Of a stretch of 64,000 nucleotides of DNA, positions 1 to 9,200 are shown piece by piece; the stretch's first letter is position 1; every line of letters starts with the position of its first letter. Under the pieces are notes generated by a model, which worked only from the letters and a program-made list of their open reading frames with translations, made no database searches and had not been told where the DNA came from. The DNA is from Trypanosoma brucei. Its lineage: Eukaryota. The stretch lies in the NCBI GenBank assembly GCA_000002445.1, contig CM000207.1, forward strand, positions 1,536,001 to 1,600,000, given 5' to 3'. The translations under genes and the position numbers were made by a program.

Positions 1-1170
1 TCTAAATTCAGCACGATGCGCCTTCCATCCCGGTGCTGCAAAGTTTAGCCCCTTTCCAAATGACACCCTTTTCTCCGAGGCCACTGAAGCGGGGGAAGAA
101 ATCCTTTTTTTACCGTATCCCATGGCACTTTGTGCACCCCCAAACCACACTGGAGCGACTGGTGGCTGCGGCGGCCGAGATATGTTTTCCTCCTCCACAC
201 TGTCAAAAAGATGACTTACGTAGGGGAACTGGACGGACATGCGGGTGTAAAAACCATCGTCAGTGTAGGAGAACTTGTTAGTGTCTGCCTTCCCTTCAGT
301 TGGGAAGTTGAAGAAGCTGCGGAATTTGTTTGAACGGAGAAGGATTGGCTGAAGCAATCCAACCAAGCCCATACCTAGAAAATATAGGCAAACTCCAGAG
401 CGGAACTGTAACGCAACCGGGAGAACACAAAGACACCCAAGTCGGGCACCCCATACAACGTTTGACATCCACCCCGTCTTCAGTTCTTTACTAATCGATA
501 ACTCAAAGTTGGCCAAAGTTAAACCGCAGAATGCCAGCGGTAAAATACCATACGGATCAGGCATTGTCAGCGAGGTGCACCACAGAAAAGGTGAGGTACC
601 GAACTCCAGGTACGGATTCTCGCAGAGCGACTTCGCTTGAAACATACCAAATAATACAATTGGGGAACCGAGTATTGACGACAGACACTGCGCATTTGAC
701 GTCTTTTCCTCCGCAAACACACGGCGTCGCTCACCTTTCAGTGCGGTTGCTGCCAACTGGATATCAAGGGATGTGGCCCCTTCACTGTGGTACACGCGTT
801 GGTACGCCTCATGAGGGGTCTTCAACTTACAAATTGCTTTTCGCATCCGCTCCGACGCGCGCTCACCATAGAGCGAAAAGCCCAATGTAGCGACACGGCA
901 AAGGACACCAAGAAGAAGGATGGCCTCCGGGGCCCCTAAATTCAACCCTTCCTGGAAACTGACGAACATGTTTGTGATGAATGCAGGTTCTTGTGAAGGT
1001 GCGATGCCCACATCTGACACCCCGAACCAGTGGCAGTTCCATATGCGATCCAAATAGTCAAAGTATGTTACCCGTTCATTGGACGATACAGTGCACCTGC
1101 TGGTGAGGATTGGAGTGCAGAACACCGGCATCGCCCTTTGCACTGTGGAGCTTCGAACCAATTTCCGCAT
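1..1170 (-). CDS. Hypothetical hydrophobic (multi-pass membrane-like) protein, 3'-truncated by the window edge. N-terminus MRKLVRSSTVQRAMPVF... The frame stays open to coordinate 1, so the C-terminus lies outside the window.
   Basis: I translated the minus strand by hand. There is a stop (TGA) at 1204-1206 and the first ATG is at 1170. The frame is then uninterrupted for about 390 codons through coordinate 1, with several hydrophobic segments (e.g. ILLLGVLCRVATLGFSLYG, ILPLAFCGLTLANF). The ORF track omits it because it has no stop within the window. Confidence 0.5.
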   Translation of the reverse strand, partial: MRKLVRSSTVQRAMPVFCTPILTSRCTVSSNERVTYFDYLDRIWNCHWFGVSDVGIAPSQEPAFITNMFVSFQEGLNLGAPEAILLLGVLCRVATLGFSLYGERASERMRKAICKLKTPHEAYQRVYHSEGATSLDIQLAATALKGERRRVFAEEKTSNAQCLSSILGSPIVLFGMFQAKSLCENPYLEFGTSPFLWCTSLTMPDPYGILPLAFCGLTLANFELSISKELKTGWMSNVVWGARLGCLCVLPVALQFRSGVCLYFLGMGLVGLLQPILLRSNKFRSFFNFPTEGKADTNKFSYTDDGFYTRMSVQFPYVSHLFDSVEEENISRPPQPPVAPVWFGGAQSAMGYGKKRISSPASVASEKRVSFGKGLNFAAPGWKAHRAEFR

Positions 1171-1553
1171 GACGGCTGACAACGCAAGAGCATTGGTGTT
1201 TGTTCATGTGGTATATTTACCAGTACATGGCAACCAGTCACGCAACCAATTACGGTGGAACGCATACACGAGGAGATAAAAGAAAGACAAATGAAGTATT
1301 ATGCGCGTGTTTGTTTGTGCATATGTATGTATAAGAGTGACAGTAGATCAGTACCCAGTTGCACCACGGAAAGGCAAACCATCTCCCCTCTACAATGCTC
1401 ATCCTTTGCCACTAATATGTACGTTCGCTTTTATCACATCTCGCTTCTCTTCCTGACGACCCATCCCGTTTTCCATCCCCCTGGTCTTCATGTCACATCC
1501 CTCAAGACACCGTTGAACAAGGGGGAAAAAAAGGGAAGATGAATAATCGTTGC

Positions 1554-1997
1554 TCACTTGTATGCTACGAGTGCTGGGCGCAAGTGCACATCCAGCCTCC
1601 GCTGCACCGCCGCCGTTTTCAATTTGAGGAGACCCATTTCCACTTGATAGCCTACCAGGCACAGAATAGCTTTTCCACCCACCGACATGGCGCAGAGTTT
1701 CTTACTACCGAAATCGATCAAGACTTGCTCCAAAGCTTCAGGTTCTAATTCATTTGTTATCTTGCTTTTTGCCAAGTCATTTTGGGCGCTTGCACGCCAT
1801 ACGTTTCCTATGGCAGCAATGATCATGGTTCGTTCCCTTGAGTACGAGTATTCTTCGCTGCTTGATGCAGAGGACAACAGGACACCTTCTTCGTCGAGAA
1901 GAAGTGCCGCCAAAATACCACTCCCCACGGCGCCATGCAGACACTCATTAACTACTGCCGCTTCAAGCATAGCTGTTTCTCCGGCTTTCCGAGACAT
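1554..1997 (-). CDS. Roadblock/LC7 (MglB-fold) domain protein, most similar to LAMTOR2/p14. The ORF as given runs to 2024; the likely start is one of the internal Mets (MSRKAGETAMLEAAV...).
   Basis: Blocks ALLLDEEGVLLSSA, IIAAIGNVWRASAQN and KLCAMSVGGKAILCLVGYQVEMGLLKLKTAAVQ line up with LAMTOR2 ([13 protein letters not shown] / [11 protein letters not shown] / [32 protein letters not shown]) as I recall it. Confidence 0.6.
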   Translation of the reverse strand: MSRKAGETAMLEAAVVNECLHGAVGSGILAALLLDEEGVLLSSASSSEEYSYSRERTMIIAAIGNVWRASAQNDLAKSKITNELEPEALEQVLIDFGSKKLCAMSVGGKAILCLVGYQVEMGLLKLKTAAVQRRLDVHLRPALVAYK

Positions 1998-3176
1998 TGA
2001 TAATGAACTGCAGCCCACAAGCAACTATATGCGTTGTACGCTTTCGTGTATCCTTTGGTGTATGTATGTGCCCACGATAATTGTGTTCGACTCCTTGCAC
2101 AGCCCTCTGGAATTAAAATTAAGGAGAGGGGAAAGACAGCTGAGCCTCCTGTCTCAAAAAATAAATTGACCGACAGTGTGTGTGTGCGTGTGAGAAACAG
2201 CAAATGTCGCGTGCAGGTCAAGTTAGTGGTGCCAAAACCGTGTAAGAAGTAATACGCTATACGCAAACGAACGAATGAACGAACTGAGCTACAAAGAATA
2301 GGGAGGGCGTGATGGCAATGCCACCGAGCTTACTCTTCTCTTTCGTCCCCCTGGTCCTACGCGCGTGTATTACTTATGTTTTCCTTTTCGTCCCGCCAGT
2401 CGCCCCCTCACAAAATAAAAATCCTTCGGGACCATCACCCGGTAACAAATAACCTGTGCCCCTCCTGCGATATTGAGTGCAGCTCTCACACGGACCCCAC
2501 ATGTCTTAACCACACGCCCACAGATATCTTAACCGACCGAACGCTGCACTAATGGTGCGAAGTTGCAGAGAAAACAAAGAGAAAAGGGAAAACAAATGCC
2601 ATCCAACACGTGACCAATGATCTCAATGGATTTTACTTGTTTCCAATAGGGAAGCTACCTCCAACCCTCTCCTTGAAGACAATGGTCTAGGCAATCAAAA
2701 GGAAGACACAAGCAACGCAATCAGATGTGTAGAAGCACCCTGTATAAATGCAGCTGCGGGTCTAGCTCATTTTGAGAGCCTGTCCGTACTGTCACGAATA
2801 ACTGTTGTCGAGTTTCTCTTTTCCCCTCATTGCCGTACATACACACTGAGGCCTTTTTTTGTTTGCCCTTATGTGCACCACTCGATGGCTACATCAATAC
2901 GGTTTTAGCCAAGAGTCGAATAGTTTATTCACAACAACCTGAATGAATAAAATAATAATAATAATGAGCCTACTGTATTGTATTTGGGGTGGCAACACAT
3001 CCCGCTTGCATACTGCGTTCCTTTAGTTGCTTGGTCGTCCTGTTCTGTTCCTCATGCCAGTCGATCTTGCGGCTGTTTTATCTCTGCACGCCTTGTCGTC
3101 ACACCAAGTCATGTAGCCAGACTGAAGCGCTCCATGACTGAACCAAACTGAGGATGGGATGTGACACTCACATCCT

Positions 3177-4124
3177 TCAGTTCTTGAAAAATACAACTGG
3201 TTCTTCTAAAGCTGCCACGCACTTGAACGGCAAGTCGTGGGCAAAGTCTTGAGGCACATAGCGGGACGGCGGCGGCATGCTTCTGTCGAGCAAATCGAAA
3301 GTCGCGAGGAATGAAGCAACCAATGACCCGTTGAACAAACGGAACGTTTTATCAGGTTCGACGAAGGTAGCCAAATGCTGCTTCATCACCTCCATCTCCT
3401 TCAGTTTTTCCTTTTGCCCATTTATGGCGGAGTTTGACGCACCGCTTTTAATCATCTGGTAGATCTTACACCTCTGGCGGCACATATCCACCACACATTC
3501 ATAGTGTTTGTGCTCCCGATTGTACCGCATACTTGCTGAGAACAAATACCACGGATGGGGTTCGAGTTTCTGAACCTCCTCCGCGAAGACAGATGCAACC
3601 GCTGCATTGGGCTTGCGTCCAGCATCCGCATCGGCTACAACGAGCCTCCTAAGCGCAATACCACGCGGCATTCGATCTTTGATAAACTTTTCCAAGCTCA
3701 ACACATGAGCTCCCGTGAAATCACTGAAGAAAACATGGGGGACTCCCTCCTTTACCCAAATGACCCCAACATCATCCCACGAAGACTTCAGCAGAACCTT
3801 CGACAGAACACTGTACAGTTTGTGGCCCCAAGTAGGCAGCGTGTACCACCGATTACAGATTGCGATAACATCACCTGTTCGGAACGCACCCGGTGGTAGC
3901 TCTGTCACTTCCCACGTCGCACGATAGTACATGTCCCTTCCCTCAGCAACAATTAATATTGATATGGGAAGCGCCTGCAACACCGCCTTGAGATGGACAT
4001 GTAGTTTCTGCCGCCGCGATAACTTTGGGCCAATGCTCGCCATAATAGTAGCGCGGCGAACGCACAGGGCCCTACAAATGTTGGGGATAGGGACAGAAGT
4101 AAAGCAAGAGAGAAAGATAAGCAT
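3177..4124 (-). CDS. Conserved hypothetical protein (315 aa ORF). No family recognised; the true start is probably an internal Met (MASIGPKLS...).
   Basis: Long minus-strand ORF with coding-like composition, in register with neighbouring genes. Confidence 0.5.
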   Translation of the reverse strand: MLIFLSCFTSVPIPNICRALCVRRATIMASIGPKLSRRQKLHVHLKAVLQALPISILIVAEGRDMYYRATWEVTELPPGAFRTGDVIAICNRWYTLPTWGHKLYSVLSKVLLKSSWDDVGVIWVKEGVPHVFFSDFTGAHVLSLEKFIKDRMPRGIALRRLVVADADAGRKPNAAVASVFAEEVQKLEPHPWYLFSASMRYNREHKHYECVVDMCRQRCKIYQMIKSGASNSAINGQKEKLKEMEVMKQHLATFVEPDKTFRLFNGSLVASFLATFDLLDRSMPPPSRYVPQDFAHDLPFKCVAALEEPVVFFKN

Positions 4125-4266
4125 TTCTTTGAGTGAAAAGGCAAGAGTACCAGACAGATTAATGGCGATGTTGCTCCTGATTCCAGTCCATCAGCTTTCG
4201 ATGAAAGAAAAATTTAAAGAATGGTAAGAGTACGGCAAAGTGTAGACGTGCATTTGTGCATACTGC

Positions 4267-5337
4267 CTACTTGCCACTCTCCGACAATCCGTATGTGACC
4301 AACGCCTCGCCCGCCTTAACGATATCCCCTGGTTTAACCGCTACTGACGCAGTTTTTGGAATGTCCAAAACCAGCACGACGGAGGAACCCCAGTAAAAGG
4401 TAGAGAGGAGGTCCCCTTTTTTTGATGTGGCCGCCCTGCTATAACACCTGTGTACAGCGTATTCCGGGGGAGCTAAAAAATTTGTTTTGATGCGTTGATC
4501 CAAATGCAGTACGATACGCCCAGTTAGTGTGCCGCCCACAAGGGCCAACCCCATGTTCCCACTGGCACTGTGCTCGTCAGTCCAACTTCCAAGGAGAACC
4601 ACCCGCTCGTTTAATGGAAGGACAGAGGGAATCCAGTGATATCCCGCCGGTGTGTGCGGTAGTAAAGCACCGGGTATATACACGACTTCCTTACAAGTAA
4701 ACAAACACGGCGTTACCACATGATGATAATCTTGGGTTCGCAGATGTAAAGCAACAGCAATCCGCCGATTCCCCTCTGCCACGGTTCCCAGCGGGCTATG
4801 GAAAAGCCGTCTTACGCTATATGTTACTCCCTTAACCTGCAGCAACTGATCGTCTACCACATCCTCCTGGACTGAGAGCACAACACCATCGGAAGGCATA
4901 ACAACAGGTGACGTGGCAACTCGTCGCTCGCCATCTTCCCACCTACGAACGAAGAATTCTTGCAGTGTTTTATATTCCCGTTCTTTTCCCCGCGGCGCAT
5001 CCATACCGTACCACCAAATGATTGCCGCAATAACTGCACGATGGAAAGAAGACGGCAAACATTCATTCTCACTTATCCTTCCGCAGATGTGCGAAATATA
5101 GTTGAAGGGGAAAAGCATTAGCATCTCCAACATTCCAACAGAACACAAGCGAGTTCCCCCCTCGGGGTGACGTGTTGCCTCCCATGCGGCAAGTTGGTAC
5201 CGCCCACCGACGTAAACTGCGCCACCAATGATCGCACCACCAAAGAGGTAGTGATACAACCAGCGCCGCATCGGGTTTGTGAAGGGTCTCGTTGTGTCAT
5301 TCTTGTAGAACCGCAGTTGTCGTGTGAGCGAAGCCAT
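4267..5337 (-). CDS. PSD: Phosphatidylserine decarboxylase proenzyme
   Basis: PSD hallmark HLRTQDYHHVVTP (LRxxDYHRxHxP-type) and the proenzyme cleavage-site motif WGSSVVLVL (LGST-type) are present. A purine-rich tract on + at 5473-5502 gives an upstream polypyrimidine tract in mRNA sense. Confidence 0.8.
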   Translation of the reverse strand: MASLTRQLRFYKNDTTRPFTNPMRRWLYHYLFGGAIIGGAVYVGGRYQLAAWEATRHPEGGTRLCSVGMLEMLMLFPFNYISHICGRISENECLPSSFHRAVIAAIIWWYGMDAPRGKEREYKTLQEFFVRRWEDGERRVATSPVVMPSDGVVLSVQEDVVDDQLLQVKGVTYSVRRLFHSPLGTVAEGNRRIAVALHLRTQDYHHVVTPCLFTCKEVVYIPGALLPHTPAGYHWIPSVLPLNERVVLLGSWTDEHSASGNMGLALVGGTLTGRIVLHLDQRIKTNFLAPPEYAVHRCYSRAATSKKGDLLSTFYWGSSVVLVLDIPKTASVAVKPGDIVKAGEALVTYGLSESGK

Positions 5338-6256
5338 GAAAGAATCAGTCCCTTTTCTGTTTTAGTTGCTTTCTTCCAGCGGGTCCTTTAGTATTTAACA
5401 AGGTGTGGGAGATTCCCCTCACTCCTCACCCAAGTTTTCTCGTTAGACCACCGCTGGGTGCTCTACCATCGTAAAAAAAAAAACAAAGTTAAAGAAAGAG
5501 ATACTGGCGGACGCACATTACGTATTTATGTTTAGGCGTATGACAGCTCGTCGGAATATATATGAGAATATGAAAATATAAGATCAAATGAAAGCAGAAA
5601 CTTACTCCACCAGGAGTATCTGAAATGTGAAGTCCCTGGTCAGTTGGAGGCGCTGTATCGGCCCAAATTTGCAAAACAAAAATCAAACAGTAACTTGAAG
5701 GTACGCCGAATAGCAAAGGAATAAGATGCACCAACAAATAATTTAAAAAAAGGATTTCACCGATAACCAGCTCATTATGTTAGAAAAGGTAAACATAACC
5801 ATAACACTAAAAGAGAGAATCATCTCAACAACCCCTTTCTTCGCTTAAGTTTGTCCGTAGATCATTGCCCTTTAACGTGGCTGATTTTGTAGTTAATTAC
5901 ATTTATTTACAATTATTTTTCCTCTTTTAAAAATATTCATTTATGAGTTATATCAATACTTCCCCCCTCCCATCCTAACGGCCACCTTCCTCTTTCCTTA
6001 ACGGGCGTCGCCGTTGCCATCAGGGAAGTGACACCTTAGTTACCGGGGAAATGGGGTTCCATCAGCAGCACAGCCGTGAGCCAACAGAAGGTCAAATTGA
6101 AAAAAGAAAAGCTAAAAACAGAGATATAGCAGCTTGGTAGACAAGCAGGGGATCCCCAAACCCTAAATTAATAACGAGACAAACGGAAATGCGTGACTAT
6201 CAACAGTGCGTGTGAATAACAAAATTGGGAGTAACGGGCACAGGCGAACTCCCGTG

Positions 6257-9200
6257 TTACTCACCGTCACGAGCGAGCAGCCGCTTGACAACGTAGCTAG
6301 TGATTGGCCAGAGTCGCTGCTGGTCTGCCTCACAAAGACTTGAAAAGCCTCGTATTGTCCCCGCGCAATATGATGAACCGCACAGGCAAACAAAAGGGCT
6401 GTTCATTACCCACTCTGTAGTACAATAGTTGAATGTAACCATTTCCCCTTTCGAAATTTCCCTCAGTGTCACAAACCGAAGTCTGGTCTTCTGTTCATTT
6501 ACCTCAACTTGCACATTCGGGTCACAGTGGTGAGCAATGCACTCCGCACCCTCACCAAAGAGAAGGTGCCTACTCTCACCCACACAAATGGTGTACATTG
6601 TGGGAAACGGGACAACAAATCCAGACACATCAAAAAGGACGACCCCCTTCTTGATGAATGTGCTTGCATAGGCCGTCTGGCCCATGTCTCCGTTCTGACG
6701 GATTTCAATTAGGGGTGATGTTGACTTAACAGTCCAGCCATCGCGCATGGCCTGCGCCCGCACGGGAGGTTCACACAAGTAAAGGTTTTGTTGCTTAGTG
6801 TCCTCTTCCATATGACAGAATCCGAGGCAATGCTGAGAGTACGCTCGAGGAAATAGTGGTTTCATATCATATACGAAGTAATTCATATTAACCGTTAATA
6901 GTTCACCCGCTTCAATGCTGCGCAGCGCCAGGAAGCGGCCTTCCACCAGCACGGTGTTCCCTTCCTCCTTATGTTGAATGATGTACCCATTTTCACCAAC
7001 TGCAACCTGTACTGGTTGAATGTCAATGTTCGTGCACTCCAATAGCACCGTTTTGCGCGCGACAGGGCTCACCGCGTATAACATTCTTGACTGATTGACA
7101 TCCAGGACGGGTGGTAGTCTTACAGACGCAGTTAAGCCGGCCAGTCGACGCATTGCAGGCGTAATGTACCTTTGAAGCATGGACCGCTGCGCGCTTGAAA
7201 GGAATTTGAACCCACGAATATTGTGCAAGCAGCTGGAACTATTACACTTACATTGGAACGGGCTGTGCAGCTCCCATTCTGTCGTCACGAAGTTCGCCGT
7301 CACGACCTCCCCGACGGCGATGTCTCTTATGGTTTCAAACTCTATCGCCTCATTTAAAGCATCCACGCGTATACAAGTGTTTGGATCGCAACTGTGGGAC
7401 ACGAACTGCGCACCGCCAGAGGGAAGGAGGTGTCTGCGTTCCCCCAGTTGCAACGTGAGAGGCGTTGGGAATGGCAAAGAACGTCCCTTTGTGGCGAGCA
7501 AGCGAGTGCCGGCCGCAACGCGAGTTTTGGCAATAACCTCCAAGCCGGCAGTGCAGCTGCGGAGTCCAATAAGCTGAGAGTCAGAGCGACTTGTGAAACC
7601 ATCCCGTATTGCAGCAGCGCGCACGTCCGGCTGCGCGAAAACGATTAGTGCCTCCTTATCTTGCTCATCCAACCATTTGAAACCTCGAACCTTGTGCGGC
7701 TGAGCAAAGCGGCAACACTTGCACTCGATCTCTTCTGGAAGCGAGTAGCTCAGGCAATTAAGGTTAACGTTTAGTTCATCACCGGCAGAAACAGTACGTA
7801 GCAGTACGACCCTCTTCTCAATGAGCGCCGCGGTTGGAGAGCAGTGGTGTTTGAGGCGAACTCCATCAATGTAAACGAAGTTGTCTAAAACTTCCACTGC
7901 TGAGTATTCGATGACGACTGTCCCTGCCACCATTTCGGTTGCCACATGTACCGTCCCCTCGTCGCATACCATAAGCCTTTTGGAAGCAATCTGTATCCAG
8001 GCACCTTTTGGGTTACTTTGAGTGTCCGCCACAAGGGACTTGATTGCTGTGGATGTCACGTTCCACAGCTTCTGACGCGCGTCATTGCCAAGGTGTTTAA
8101 ACCCCCCTATCCATCCGTAACATTTTTGCGATCCGCAGACACACATGAAAGGGTACTGCATATCCCATTCCGTCGTGAGGTAGTTAAATGATATGACCTC
8201 ACCTTTCCGAATATCTCGCAATGCAATGCACTCGATTGTCCTCGCAGTGTTGTCTGTAAGAACGCGTGTGTTTGGGTCGCAGCTGTGCGCAAGACACTGC
8301 GCTCCGCCACCAAAAAGAAGATGCCGCCTGTTGCTTAGAAGAATGGTATGCATAGTGGGAAAGGGTAAGGTAAGGCCATTCACGCGAAAGAATCGGGTTC
8401 CCTTTTTAATGTCAGACTTTGCGAATGTCGACTGCCCCATTTGCACATCCGCCTTCACTTCCACAAGTGGGGAAGAACTTTTAACGAGGAAACCATCCAA
8501 AACAGCGGCCTCTCGAACATGTGGGCTCGCACAAATCAGCTCAGCATTCTTCATCTCGTCAGTGAGGCCTTTGAAGCCGCTCACTTCTCCAACGCAGTGT
8601 TCTCCTTTGCAGTTGCACTTAAATGACGTAGTAGTGTAGCAAAGGTGGTTGATGTTGATTGTTACAGCTTCACCACGCAGCGAAGCCCGGCGAAGAACAA
8701 CACTTCGCCCCAGCAAAACAGCGTTGGCAAAGCACGAGTGCTTGACGCGTATATCATCCAGTGCAACCTCATCACCAATTACCTGAACGTCTGTGACGTT
8801 GAAGAGCTTAACCCCAGACGTCGTGTCACACATTAACCGAAGCTCCCCCGATGTCTCGTGAATAGAGATAAGCGAGTCATCAAGGGATGCCAACACACCA
8901 CGGCGTTGGCGCGAAAACATAGACTTCACTCCCCTTGCTGCGTGCGGCCACAAACGTAGTTGGGCCCTTGCGTCAAGATACCGAAAACCTCTGATAAGGC
9001 CATAGCAGTTAGCAGTACCACAGATGCACCTGAAGGAGGATGCTAACTCCCATTCAGTAGTGAGGTAGTCGTAAGTTAACATCTCGTCCAGTTTAATATC
9101 ACGCAGCGACAGGCAGTATCCGCTCTTTGTGGACCTGTCCATAACAACACGCAGGTTAGGTTCACAACTATGTGCGATGCAGCGTGCCTGATCCGTGAGA

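Noticed and set aside
531-890. + strand ORF of 119 aa (also 33..281 and 130..333)
   Set aside because: It is antisense to the 390-codon minus-strand open frame that runs off the left edge, and has no recognisable domain.
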